DNA from: an uncultured virus (IMG/VR IMGVR_UViG_3300025845_000008)
Lineage: Duplodnaviria; Heunggongvirae; Uroviricota; Caudoviricetes
DNA: 64,000 bases
IMG/VR virus record: IMGVR_UViG_3300025845_000008
Span: 1 to 64,000 of that record
Strand: one strand, 5' to 3'
The translations under genes were made by a program, and so were the position numbers. Within the stretch, counting starts at the first letter, position 1. Each line of letters starts with the position of its first letter. Positions 1-9,927 of the stretch are shown here, piece after piece. Below the pieces are notes generated by a model. It searched no databases. It saw only the letters and a list, made by a program, of their open reading frames with translations, and was not told the DNA's origin.

Positions 1-40
1 AATATCAGGAGGATTGGAGTTGGTTAACTGAAAAGTAAAC

Positions 41-48
41 CATAAATA
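41..48 (+). promoter_or_regulatory. putative late (gp55-dependent) promoter CATAAATA
   Basis: 7/8 match to T4 late consensus TATAAATA; ATAAATACTTATA (42-54) recurs exactly at 54248-54260. Confidence 0.5.
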
Positions 49-53
49 CTTAT

Positions 54-398
54 ATGAGATTTGTCAATTACATAACAGAAGACTATGAGACGGTTCGGGA
101 TTATAAAAAAGCAATCTTTGACTTGAAGGTTGCTTTGGGTGAAATAGATTTTCATGAAGATGAAAAGGTGCCTAGTGATCCTGAGAAGCATAAGTTATTT
201 AAACAGAAAAAGTTAGGTCTTAAACTTAAAGTTATAGCGTTAAAAGAAAAAATTCAGAAATTAGCTAAGGTTTTGGGTGAGTCAGGGGAAGAGGTTCCTC
301 AAGTAGAAGGTCTTAAAGATTTTCTTGATAGAGTTCCTGATAAAGATAGTGAAGAATCACAAACTCTACTAAAAAAGAGAGAGAGGTTTAGTAAATAA
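54..398 (+). CDS. hypothetical protein (possible head/internal protein)
   Basis: 114-aa ORF, stop overlaps gp13 start (TAATG); N-terminus MRFVNYITE. Confidence 0.7.
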   Translation: MRFVNYITEDYETVRDYKKAIFDLKVALGEIDFHEDEKVPSDPEKHKLFKQKKLGLKLKVIALKEKIQKLAKVLGESGEEVPQVEGLKDFLDRVPDKDSEESQTLLKKRERFSK

Positions 399-2146
399 TG
401 GCTATTTCACGTACACAATTAATGGATAAAGTTAAGAGACGATTGGGTGCCCCGATGGTTAAAGTGGAACTTTGTGATGAGCAGATTATTGACCATATAG
501 ACTATGCTCGACAAAAATGGATTAAATGGGCTATAGGAAATGCAACTCAAGAGACGTATTTTACTGTTATGTTACAGGCCGGTAAGAGATTTTACGATCT
601 ACCTGCAGGAGTTCAAGAGGTCGTTTCGTATGATGACTCCCCTATTAAATCAGGTGGTATTAACACACTTTTTACTATTGATAACTTTATGTTTTCTAAT
701 GGGTTTTATGGAAACGCTTTTCAAGGTGGATATGATTTAGTTTCATATCACCTCGTTTTGGATTTTATGACCACTTTATCAAAATATAGAACAACACCTT
801 ATAATTATAAGTATCATAAATCTACTAATCAGATAGAGATTGATCCTGCGCCACCCTTTGACGGAAAACAGAAGAGTGTTAATATCAACCATCCAGTTAC
901 AGGTTTGCCTACAAAAATGTATGTTGATTCACCCGGATGGGTTTTATTGAGAACTTATATGATACAGGGTGCCACGCTTCCAAATTATACCCCTGATTGG
1001 AGTATGATCCTCAAAGAACGCAAGACCATAGTTGAACAAAGGACATTAACAGAGGTGGAGGTTTTGAATAAATCAATCCTCTTGAATCATACCCCATTAG
1101 ATGATGATGTTGATAGAACCGACTTTAATATTGAAGAAGATACTACTGTTACTATCGGAGGTCTTGCGTCTGTGAAGGGCGTGGATTGGGACTTTCATTT
1201 TTATAATCCAAGGGTTATAACTTGGGCCCAACCAGAAAGACAGGATCCTTATGGATTTGACGGAAATGTTAGTGTTGGTGATCAAATAACCATCACATAT
1301 CCAGTCATATTTAATTCACAACACTATCCTGATGAATGGGATAATGTAACTGCCACTTCTACTGAGGTTGAACAGTATGTTTTGACACAATCAGACATAG
1401 ATAGAGGGTTTGTGAAGCTACAGAAGAAGGTGTTTAATAATAACATTAAAATGTCTATCGGCGGTATAGATCATTTATATGGTGAAGATTTTATTGTTAT
1501 TAATAATAAAATTCTTGATTGGAATGGTTTGTCCATCCAACCGGTGTTGACTGTTGGTGATGTCATTGTTGTTACATATGTGACGGTTACCAGTATGAAA
1601 CCGTCAGGTGGATCTACAGCCAAAATGCATGGTGTTAAAAAACAGTACACAACGAGAATAGAAAATTTTAATATCACACAAGATAATATTGATTCTAAAT
1701 CAATAACATTAGAAGAACCTATTTCTATGTATGACGGAGTTAAGCTTTCAGCGGGAGGTTTCGCTAAAGTTCTTGGTATTGATTTTAAAATTGACTCGTA
1801 TGACCCAAATGTTATTACTTGGAATGGTTTACAGATGGACGGTGATATATCACTTGACGATAATATTGTTGTTACGTATACATCAGCAAATCCTATTATA
1901 ACCGAACTCGAAGAACAGTTATACGATGAGGATTGGATTCTTGATTATGTTACAGCTTTATCAAAGATATCTCTTGGTATGATTAGACGTAAGCCGAGTA
2001 CGTTTTCGGGTCTTGGTAGTTCTGGTGTAGGTCTTGATGGATCTGATCTTATATCGGAAGGTAAAGAAGAAAAAGATGATCTTGAGACTAGATTGCGTGA
2101 TGAAGAAGCATATGAGGGTTACGGTATTGAAATAGGATTAATGTAA
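398..2146 (+). CDS. gp13: neck protein gp13-like with three-repeat insertion
   Basis: N-term VKRRLGAPMVKVELCDEQI and C-term WILDYVTALSK...G..LDGSDLISEGKEEK match T4 gp13; position before gp14/gp15/gp18. Confidence 0.88.
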   Translation: MAISRTQLMDKVKRRLGAPMVKVELCDEQIIDHIDYARQKWIKWAIGNATQETYFTVMLQAGKRFYDLPAGVQEVVSYDDSPIKSGGINTLFTIDNFMFSNGFYGNAFQGGYDLVSYHLVLDFMTTLSKYRTTPYNYKYHKSTNQIEIDPAPPFDGKQKSVNINHPVTGLPTKMYVDSPGWVLLRTYMIQGATLPNYTPDWSMILKERKTIVEQRTLTEVEVLNKSILLNHTPLDDDVDRTDFNIEEDTTVTIGGLASVKGVDWDFHFYNPRVITWAQPERQDPYGFDGNVSVGDQITITYPVIFNSQHYPDEWDNVTATSTEVEQYVLTQSDIDRGFVKLQKKVFNNNIKMSIGGIDHLYGEDFIVINNKILDWNGLSIQPVLTVGDVIVVTYVTVTSMKPSGGSTAKMHGVKKQYTTRIENFNITQDNIDSKSITLEEPISMYDGVKLSAGGFAKVLGIDFKIDSYDPNVITWNGLQMDGDISLDDNIVVTYTSANPIITELEEQLYDEDWILDYVTALSKISLGMIRRKPSTFSGLGSSGVGLDGSDLISEGKEEKDDLETRLRDEEAYEGYGIEIGLM

Positions 2147-2157
2147 AGGAGAATATT

Positions 2158-2445
2158 ATGATTGATGAACTGGTAGAAAAATATATTAACGAGTCAACAG
2201 AATGGTTTTATGTTGTTGATGATAAGACCAAAGAGGTTATGCATGACCTAAAAACAGGTGGAGTTGCAACTTTTGATACTCTGTTTAATACGAACCATAG
2301 TAAGGTTATCGCCTACAAGACACGGAAGGGTGCGGATAATAAGATAAAAAATATATCAACAAAGTCTAAATTGACCGTGATGAGTAGAAGTGAACTAAAA
2401 GATTATTATGATAAAATGGGTGTGTTAAGTAAGGGAGGTTCATAA
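2158..2445 (+). CDS. hypothetical protein
   Basis: 95-aa ORF with AAGGAG RBS. Confidence 0.7.
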   Translation: MIDELVEKYINESTEWFYVVDDKTKEVMHDLKTGGVATFDTLFNTNHSKVIAYKTRKGADNKIKNISTKSKLTVMSRSELKDYYDKMGVLSKGGS

Positions 2446-2669
2446 TGAGTACAATTGACCCTAAATGGCTACAGTATGATGAGAATAAGCTATCAATTAT
2501 TGATGATGGTGGTATTAATAAATTGAGCATTAAATCTGGTATCATACTTGATAGTGTATCTGTAGAGAAGGTTAACGATTCTAAAATTGAAATCAGAGAA
2601 ACAAGACAGGGTGCCCCACTTAACCCTGGTCCGTTGGATTTTTATATCGAAGTACCAGATAAGGTTTAA
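2445..2669 (+). CDS. hypothetical protein
   Basis: 74-aa ORF, GGAGG RBS, coupled to upstream stop. Confidence 0.65.
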   Translation: MSTIDPKWLQYDENKLSIIDDGGINKLSIKSGIILDSVSVEKVNDSKIEIRETRQGAPLNPGPLDFYIEVPDKV

Positions 2670-2679
2670 GGAGTTTTAA

Positions 2680-3804
2680 ATGGCAATATCCTGTCCACCA
2701 AACTGCGTTAAGGGTACCCCTTTATGGGATCTTTATGATGTAACGGATCAGAATCCCGAGTTTTGTTTATATGATTCTATTATATCAGAGTATGTGGACA
2801 TGGCGGGATTCCCTGTTATGTATTATCGTGCAAAATCTAAAATGGATCGCCTTTATGGGGAAGATCCTAATCAAGATTTTTATGAACCAGTACGCACAAA
2901 GCTTTATTATGAACCAACAGATGAACCTAACATTATAGATATGTTTGGAATTAGATCAGACGAAACTTTGGAATATTCTTTGATGCCTAAGTCAACGTTT
3001 TCTCGTGATGTTGTTGGTGTGGTACAAGGGATCCCTAAATCATTGAGTGTTGTTTTTGCTGGGAACGGATATTTTAATTCACAGTCAGTTCATACAATTG
3101 GTGGATCAGGTGAGGGTTTGAGAGTTGACATTAATGTAACTAATGGAGTTATTACTAAAATCAAAGTTAACACATTCAACAAGGGTTTTGGTTACAAAGT
3201 AGGTGACATTGTTTTGATTGATTCTGGTAACATTAATGCGGAATTTACAATAACATCAACAGTGGTTGAGGAAGTTATCCCGAGTCCGGGAGATGTTATT
3301 AAGACATTATGGAATAATAGAAATTATGAGATAGTTGATGTGGGCGCTGAACAAAATGTTTTCATGGCAAAAAAATTAGTATGGGAATTCATTTTGAGAC
3401 CATATCGTTTTAGTGAGCAGTCATTAAGATCTGAGGAAATACACAGAAGTTCTCCGGGATGGAATTATATATACATATATCCAGATGGTGTGTTGGCGGA
3501 TGTTATGTACTCTGATGGAAGTGAGGTTACAGGCATTCCTATAGATACTTTGGATATAGACCTTTCAGTATTGGAATGTGGATATAAATACAAGAGAAAT
3601 GAAGACGGAAGTGTTGAATTGATAGAGGAAGTCCTTATTTTTGATCCAGATGATTCATCTGATACTCATACCGGTCAGTCAGGGGAAACATCGAATCTTA
3701 AAGATAAAAGTTCTCGTGTTTATGGTGATGATTCTTGGGTCGAAGTTGAGTCTGATAAAATTGATGATTATTCGGATGTTGATTCGAAAATATTTGGATA
3801 TTAA
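2680..3804 (+). CDS. gp14: neck protein gp14-like (head closure) with Gly-rich insertion
   Basis: G.PVMYY...DRLYGED....F, MFGIRSDE and P.PGDVI motifs; synteny. Confidence 0.82.
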   Translation: MAISCPPNCVKGTPLWDLYDVTDQNPEFCLYDSIISEYVDMAGFPVMYYRAKSKMDRLYGEDPNQDFYEPVRTKLYYEPTDEPNIIDMFGIRSDETLEYSLMPKSTFSRDVVGVVQGIPKSLSVVFAGNGYFNSQSVHTIGGSGEGLRVDINVTNGVITKIKVNTFNKGFGYKVGDIVLIDSGNINAEFTITSTVVEEVIPSPGDVIKTLWNNRNYEIVDVGAEQNVFMAKKLVWEFILRPYRFSEQSLRSEEIHRSSPGWNYIYIYPDGVLADVMYSDGSEVTGIPIDTLDIDLSVLECGYKYKRNEDGSVELIEEVLIFDPDDSSDTHTGQSGETSNLKDKSSRVYGDDSWVEVESDKIDDYSDVDSKIFGY

Positions 3805-3837
3805 TCTCCAAATGTTCGGATACTATGGAGACATATA

Positions 3838-4566
3838 ATGCCATTATTAGCTATAAAATCATTTGCCAAGAAGATAGGAAAACCGGAATCAACCGTCGAG
3901 AAGTATTGGGAAGAAGCTAAGACTGAATCAGGGAAAGAATATAATAAGGAGACAGAGTCCAGAAAGTTCTACGGAACCGCTATGAAGATTCTTAAAAATA
4001 AATTGAAAAAACATGAAGGCTTAACTGAATCGAGATTTTTTAACTTCATCACTAAAGATGACGGTATTCACGAAGATAAATTTAATGGATATGTTGATCT
4101 TGATCATAAAGATATGGAACTCATAAAATTGTTTTCTGGTGACAAGAAAATAAATGATCACAAGGATTTTCATAAATTAGCAGAAGATTTAGGCTTAAAA
4201 GAGGCAGCTGAATTAGAGGAGAGAGCTTATGCGATGCTTCAATCTTTCTGGTCACAGGGTCGTGCTATGAAAAAGGGCATGGATTTCAAGGTTGATGAAA
4301 AGGAAGTTAAAATGGGGATGGAGGTAGAAAAAGAGCATACTGATAATCCTGTTATCGCATATCGTATTGCAATGGATCATTTAGCCGAAATGCCTGATTA
4401 TTATACCAAGCTTGCGAAGATGGAAAGTGAGGGTGGAGTAAATGAGTCAGACGAGATTTGGCATTGTGATGAATGTGGATGGGAAGGACCAAAATCCAAA
4501 TTAAAACAACCCGGTGATAAGTGCCCCAAGTGTGGTGCAAATCCCCCTGTTGTTCATAAAAAGTAA
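3838..4566 (+). CDS. DUF5661-like domain protein with C-terminal Zn ribbon
   Basis: MGMEVEKEHTD...IAMDHLAEMPDYYTKL motif; CDEC...CPKC. Confidence 0.65.
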   Translation: MPLLAIKSFAKKIGKPESTVEKYWEEAKTESGKEYNKETESRKFYGTAMKILKNKLKKHEGLTESRFFNFITKDDGIHEDKFNGYVDLDHKDMELIKLFSGDKKINDHKDFHKLAEDLGLKEAAELEERAYAMLQSFWSQGRAMKKGMDFKVDEKEVKMGMEVEKEHTDNPVIAYRIAMDHLAEMPDYYTKLAKMESEGGVNESDEIWHCDECGWEGPKSKLKQPGDKCPKCGANPPVVHKK

Positions 4567-4575
4567 GGAATAGTT

Positions 4576-5424
4576 ATGCCGAGACAACATTATTTTTATA
4601 ATGTGATGCGTAAAACAATCATTCAGTTTCTTGATATGTTTAATGATATTGTTATAGCTAGATATAATCAGGATACAGGTGCTGTAATTAAATACATTAA
4701 AGTTCCATTAAAATTTTCCCCTAAAACAAAACAGTGGTATTGGACTGAATTAAGGGAATCCGGTGATAGAAGAGATCAGGTACTTCCTATGATGGCTATT
4801 AATCTTGAGAATGTAGAATTTTCGTCAGATAGACAGGTCAATCGTAATGCAAAAATAGAAGCATTGAGTGAAGGTAGTAATTCAACCCAATTTTTTAATC
4901 CCGTACCTTATGATTTTTCTTTTAGTCTACAGATAGCGGCGGAGTATATGGTCGACGTTACGCAAATCGTTGAACAAATATTTCCATTTTTTACACCAGA
5001 GGCGTGGATTAGGGTTACTATACCAGAATTGAGTATAGACGGTCTTGCCAACAAAGACCAGTCTGGTTCTGATAAATTGGAGTTGAGAGTTACTTATGAG
5101 GGATCAAGTAAAGAGTCCCCGGTTGAATTGGATGAGGCTGGATATAGAGTTCTTCTCTGGAAATTGGATTTTAAGGTTCAGGGCTATCTATTTTCACCTA
5201 TTACTGAAAGTAAACCAATTCATAAAGTTATTCAGAGTTATTATATAACAGAAGATGCGTGGAACAGACAGGTGTCTGATAATGTGAATGAACCTGCGGA
5301 ACTAGGGTCATCTGCCATGCACGGGGTAACAAGTGCCTCATACATTCCACCAGAAGGTATTCCGGTGGACGATGAAATTAGAATGATGTACAAATATGAA
5401 CATTTTATAGAAGGTGAGGGATAG
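4576..5424 (+). CDS. gp15: tail sheath stabilizer/terminator gp15-like
   Basis: YFYNVMRKTIIQFLDMFNDI, IKVPL, PVPYDFSFSL, QIVEQIFPFFTP. Confidence 0.9.
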   Translation: MPRQHYFYNVMRKTIIQFLDMFNDIVIARYNQDTGAVIKYIKVPLKFSPKTKQWYWTELRESGDRRDQVLPMMAINLENVEFSSDRQVNRNAKIEALSEGSNSTQFFNPVPYDFSFSLQIAAEYMVDVTQIVEQIFPFFTPEAWIRVTIPELSIDGLANKDQSGSDKLELRVTYEGSSKESPVELDEAGYRVLLWKLDFKVQGYLFSPITESKPIHKVIQSYYITEDAWNRQVSDNVNEPAELGSSAMHGVTSASYIPPEGIPVDDEIRMMYKYEHFIEGEG

Positions 5425-5924
5425 TGAGACAAAACTTAAATAAAGCTACAGCAAGTAATTTTCAATTAATATTTCCAAAGATTCCTACTGGCAGCACTAT
5501 AAAAGATATGAAACAGTTGACGATGAATATTCATTCAACTGTTATACCGTCTCTGACCCTTGAAACAACAGATATATCATGGCAGGGTGGTATCTATCGA
5601 CAGGATATCGGAAGTCTTACATTTGAACCATGGTATGTAAATTTTACAGTCGATTCAACTTTTTCTAACTGGTTGACGTTATATAAATGGCTTACTTTTA
5701 TAAATAATAATAAGGATACATATGGACGTGCAACCAACGAGTATAAAGTTGATGCGACGTTACAAATTTTGGACAATTATAGACAAGAGATTCTCGTTAT
5801 GGATATCCACGGGATATTTATAAATATGTTAGGTGAGATTACACTGACGTATCGAGAGGGAACTCAGAATCTAGAATCTAGTGCAAATTTTACTTACGAT
5901 AGATATGAAATTAGAAATATCTGA
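5424..5924 (+). CDS. tail tube-fold protein (gp3-like tail completion)
   Basis: GTG start; LTFEPWYVNFTVDSTFSNWLTLYKW, DATLQILDN, ANFTYDRY. Confidence 0.7.
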   Translation: MRQNLNKATASNFQLIFPKIPTGSTIKDMKQLTMNIHSTVIPSLTLETTDISWQGGIYRQDIGSLTFEPWYVNFTVDSTFSNWLTLYKWLTFINNNKDTYGRATNEYKVDATLQILDNYRQEILVMDIHGIFINMLGEITLTYREGTQNLESSANFTYDRYEIRNI

Positions 5925-5949
5925 TAATAATTAGGAGGATAACAATATT

Positions 5950-8262
5950 ATGGCTTTCTACCTTTCCCCACTCGTAGACGTGAATGAAATTGATTTGTCT
6001 ACAACGATCCCAGCAGTTGCAACCAGTATAGGTGTGATTGTGCTTAGAAATACGTTTAAAGGACCAGAAAACACAAAACAACTGGTTACAGATGAAAATG
6101 ACTTGATCCGTACTTTTGGTGAACCGACAGGAACATCTTATGAGGATATTATGTCGGCTACAGGGTTTTTAAAGTTTGGTAATAAATTATACTGTACAAG
6201 GGTTATGCCTGATGACGCGAGATTTGCATCAGTTAAAATAGATGATGCGGGTGTATCTGGAAGACTTGAGACAGGTGGTGTAGGTCTTACGATAACATTT
6301 GGCGATGAGACTGGAAATGTTTCAACCCTTACCAGTGGAACACCACTATCAACTTTTTCTGGAGTTTCTAATGGTGTTCATGAAGTAACTCTAAATGGTG
6401 GTTTACTTGGTACAGGTATTAAATTAGAAATTACCGTTTCTGCTAACAGTATAACAAACACCACTATTCTTGATGGTGGTCAAGGGTTTGTTGCTGGAGA
6501 ACCGATAATTGTTAACGGAACTGATATCGGTGGATCTGGCGGTTCTGCCACTTACACCGTTGCGGTCGGAGGTCTTAGTGCTAATGCCGCAGGAGTTATT
6601 GATGCGGGCGAGTTGACACTTAACGATGGTGGTATTCGTTACGCAGCAGGTCAGGTTTATGAGGTAATGGGAACTGTAAGTGGCGGTGATGTTAATCCTG
6701 CAGGTAGTGGAGCATTTATCACTATTGATACTGTTGATGCGGTCGGAACTGTTCTTACTTATTCTATAACTTCACCCGGTAGTGAATATCAGGGTGGTCA
6801 ATTGTCATTGGCAGCTGTAACTAAAGCTGATGACCCTAATTCCATTATAGATATAGCAACCGCAACACTTGATGATTTGCCAACAGGGGACCCTGATAAT
6901 TTTGGTGATGATATGTCGGTTGCCGGTGGTGACCTCATGTGGTTTATTTCTTCGTCAAGAGGAGCTTGGGGTGACGAAATTCGTGTTGCTATTATTGATC
7001 AACCGACACAACAGGATCTTTTGTATGGAGTGACAAATGATACTCCGGGTTTGCCGTCAGAAGTATTCAGTTCTATTGATAGTCAACTTGAAAAAGCTAA
7101 TGACTTTTTGGTCATTGTTCAAGCTAAAGCACAAAGAAAAAATACATGGTCAACTGTTGAAATATTTAACGTTTCTTCTGACCCGAATGCACTTGATGAC
7201 ACAGGTACTACACGTTATGTTGAGAGTGTAATCAATCAAACATCGGAATATGTTCGAGTTGCTATTTCTTCCAATATTATCGGTGATGATGTTGATGCAG
7301 CCGTTCAAGCACATCTCGCAACTCTTTCCGCTGATGTTTGGTATAATTTTGGTGACGGTTTTAATGGAACAGGTCTCGCTGACGATGGTAATATAATTAA
7401 CGCTTATCGTCTTTATGAAAATTCTGAGGAAATTGATGTTAATCTTTTCATTGATTCAGGAAAGCCTGATACCGTTAAATCCGATCTTATTTCTTTATGT
7501 GAAGAGCGTCTTGACTGTATGGCAATTCTTGATTGTCCTAAAAACCTCATTCTTAATAATAGAGGAAATGAGGCACTTAATCTTCGTGATTGGAGAAATA
7601 TGACCATCGGAACATCTACATCATATGCGTCGTTGTATGGTAACTGGTTAGAAGTTTATGATAAGTTTAATCAGAAATATAGATGGATTCCTTCTTCTGG
7701 TTTTGTTGCTGGTGTTTATGCGAAAACTGATGATGTTCGTGATCCTTGGTGGGCACCCGCTGGTCTGAACCGAGCAATTTTAACCTCTGTTCGTAGACTG
7801 GCTTGGAATCCTAAACTTGGATATCGCGATATTCTATACGCAAATGGTATTAATCCGATTGTAACATTCCCCGGAGAAGGCAAAGTTATTTGGGGACAAA
7901 AAACAATGTTGTCCAAAGAATCTGCATTCAATCGTGTTAATGTTCGTAGATTGTTTTTGGTTCTTGAGAAGGCGATTTCTACCGCTGCGGTTTATTTCTT
8001 ATTTGAGCCTAATGACGCGGCTACAAGGAACTTGCTGGTTAATATGATTAATCCGTTCCTTCGTGATGTTAAGTCAAGAAGAGGTATTTACGATTTCAAG
8101 GTTGTTTGTGATGAAACTAACAACACACCAGCCCGTGTTGATAGAAATGAGTTGTGGTGTAATATTTTTATTAAACCCACTCGTACTGCTGAATTCATCG
8201 TTCTGAACTTTGTCGCAACAGCAACAGGCGCATCGTTCGAAGAAGCGGCTGCGGCTGTTTAA
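5950..8262 (+). CDS. gp18: contractile tail sheath protein
   Basis: LSPLVDVNEIDLS, PWWAPAGLNR, RVNVRRLFLVLEKAI, IKPTRTAEFIVLNF. Confidence 0.96.
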   Translation: MAFYLSPLVDVNEIDLSTTIPAVATSIGVIVLRNTFKGPENTKQLVTDENDLIRTFGEPTGTSYEDIMSATGFLKFGNKLYCTRVMPDDARFASVKIDDAGVSGRLETGGVGLTITFGDETGNVSTLTSGTPLSTFSGVSNGVHEVTLNGGLLGTGIKLEITVSANSITNTTILDGGQGFVAGEPIIVNGTDIGGSGGSATYTVAVGGLSANAAGVIDAGELTLNDGGIRYAAGQVYEVMGTVSGGDVNPAGSGAFITIDTVDAVGTVLTYSITSPGSEYQGGQLSLAAVTKADDPNSIIDIATATLDDLPTGDPDNFGDDMSVAGGDLMWFISSSRGAWGDEIRVAIIDQPTQQDLLYGVTNDTPGLPSEVFSSIDSQLEKANDFLVIVQAKAQRKNTWSTVEIFNVSSDPNALDDTGTTRYVESVINQTSEYVRVAISSNIIGDDVDAAVQAHLATLSADVWYNFGDGFNGTGLADDGNIINAYRLYENSEEIDVNLFIDSGKPDTVKSDLISLCEERLDCMAILDCPKNLILNNRGNEALNLRDWRNMTIGTSTSYASLYGNWLEVYDKFNQKYRWIPSSGFVAGVYAKTDDVRDPWWAPAGLNRAILTSVRRLAWNPKLGYRDILYANGINPIVTFPGEGKVIWGQKTMLSKESAFNRVNVRRLFLVLEKAISTAAVYFLFEPNDAATRNLLVNMINPFLRDVKSRRGIYDFKVVCDETNNTPARVDRNELWCNIFIKPTRTAEFIVLNFVATATGASFEEAAAAV

Positions 8263-8277
8263 TTAAAATAAGATAAA

Positions 8278-8299
8278 AGGGGGAGTTAATTCTCCCCCT
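8278..8299 (+). terminator. stem-loop between sheath and tube genes
   Basis: AGGGGGAG-TTAATT-CTCCCCCT perfect 8-bp stem; weak U-tract, so possibly a processing or stability hairpin. Confidence 0.6.
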
Positions 8300-8324
8300 G
8301 TTAGATAATTAGGAGGATACAAAC

Positions 8325-8861
8325 ATGGGATTTAATCTTGATGACATGATCGGTAAATATAGTGATTATGCTAGAGGGTATTTGTTTTACGCTCAAATAA
8401 CAAACCCTAAAGGCGGTGTTCCCGGCGACCACCCCTATCTAGTTAGTTCGACACAATTACCGACACAGACATTAGGTACAACAGAAGTTCAATGGCAAGG
8501 AAGTGTTTATAAATTCGGAACTACTCATGAATTTGAGACCATCGACATTACCTTCCGATCTGATACAGACCAAGAGTTGAGACGTTCGTTTTTGAGATGG
8601 CAACAAATAGCACATGATCCTGTAACAAATATGCACGGGAACCCGATTGATTATTTTGGAACGGTCGGACTGTCACAACTTGACGGTAAAGGTGAACCTA
8701 TTATGAAGTATGACCTGATTAATTGTTTTCCTAGTGTGGTAGGTGAAATTTCGTTGGATTATAGTTCAAAAGAAGTTTCTACTTTTAGTGTTACATTTGT
8801 ATATCAATATCACACTGTTGATGATGTTTTTGATACAGGTGCTAGTGGAGCAAGTGTTTAA
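8325..8861 (+). CDS. gp19: tail tube protein
   Basis: follows sheath; QLDGKGEPIMKYDLINCFPSVVGEISLDYSS, FSVTFVYQY. Confidence 0.9.
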   Translation: MGFNLDDMIGKYSDYARGYLFYAQITNPKGGVPGDHPYLVSSTQLPTQTLGTTEVQWQGSVYKFGTTHEFETIDITFRSDTDQELRRSFLRWQQIAHDPVTNMHGNPIDYFGTVGLSQLDGKGEPIMKYDLINCFPSVVGEISLDYSSKEVSTFSVTFVYQYHTVDDVFDTGASGASV

Positions 8862-8888
8862 GTTAAAATAAAAAAAGGAGTTTTATAA

Positions 8889-9638
8889 ATGAGTGATATT
8901 AAATCTGTGGATATCAGGGGACTACTTGATATATATGAATTCCCATATATTCTTCCCGGTAGTAGAAAGGAATTATTGATCAGACCTATTACTACAGGTC
9001 AAATGAAGAAAGTATTGGCATATGAGGACGAGACTGACCCCTATATCATCGAAGAAGCATTGGATAAATTGATTTCTGACTGTGTTGTTACGCCCGAATT
9101 TGATATTGGGAAAACCTATTTACAGGACAGGTTTTCCCTGTTACTTGAAATTCGTAGAGTCACTAAAGGTGATAATTATAATTTCACTAGAAAGTGTCAT
9201 TCATGTGGACTGATGAATGTAGAGAGTATCAAAATTTCGGAACTAGATGTGAAGCCCTTTATAAAAGTAGATAATATCTTGGTTATAAACGAAAGGCTAA
9301 AGTTTGAAGTTGATTTTCCAACACGAAATGATCAAAAGGATTCTATAAGAAGGAATAATGATAGTAGTATGAGTTTAAGATCTCGACACGCCGAGGTTCA
9401 AACAGGAACTTATGCGAATTCTATAAAAAAGGTGCATACCCCGGAAGGAGTGTTCGAGGATGTGTCTTATGAAGATAAGGTCTATATTTTAGAGAACATT
9501 TCAAGTGATGTTTTTGAGAGGTTCACCAAATGGTTCACTGAACATGATTTTGGTGTACAGTTTAAACAGGAACTTGTCTGTGTTGGATGCGGAAAGAAAG
9601 AAATAATCGAAATACCGTTATCCGATTTTTTCGTCTAA
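8889..9638 (+). CDS. gp26: baseplate hub/tail assembly chaperone gp26-like
   Basis: LPGSRKELLIRPIT, two CxxC pairs, ends PLSDFFV. Confidence 0.75.
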   Translation: MSDIKSVDIRGLLDIYEFPYILPGSRKELLIRPITTGQMKKVLAYEDETDPYIIEEALDKLISDCVVTPEFDIGKTYLQDRFSLLLEIRRVTKGDNYNFTRKCHSCGLMNVESIKISELDVKPFIKVDNILVINERLKFEVDFPTRNDQKDSIRRNNDSSMSLRSRHAEVQTGTYANSIKKVHTPEGVFEDVSYEDKVYILENISSDVFERFTKWFTEHDFGVQFKQELVCVGCGKKEIIEIPLSDFFV

Positions 9639-9820
9639 TATTCGTTCTCTGTAATGATTGTGATCTTGAGTCTATACTCAAGGAGCAATACTTTCTGGCA
9701 AGGGGATCGAATATAACAATAACAGATAGTAATTTAATGCCAGAGTTTGAAAGGAAGATCATTTTTGGTATGCTGTTAAAAGATCTTAAAGAAGAATCTA
9801 ACGCATATAAACAAAAATAA
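9587..9820 (+). CDS. gp51-like hub assembly protein, possibly made as a -1 frameshift extension of gp26
   Basis: EQYFLAR..NITITDSNLMPEFERKI resembles gp51-like proteins; lies in -1 frame overlapping T TTT TTC at 9626-9632. Confidence 0.6.
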   Translation: MRKERNNRNTVIRFFRLIFVLCNDCDLESILKEQYFLARGSNITITDSNLMPEFERKIIFGMLLKDLKEESNAYKQK

Positions 9821-9858
9821 CCATATTCTTAGGGATTGACCCTAATGAGGCTCTATTT

Positions 9859-9900
9859 ATGGGTCTAAGAGACTAAATACTCTTAGACCCATTTGTTTTT
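9859..9900 (+). terminator. intrinsic terminator
   Basis: 13-bp perfect stem ATGGGTCTAAGAG/CTCTTAGACCCAT, loop ACTAAATA, followed by TTGTTTTT. Confidence 0.8.
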
Positions 9901-9927
9901 ACCTTATATTTTTTGCGGAGACAGATC

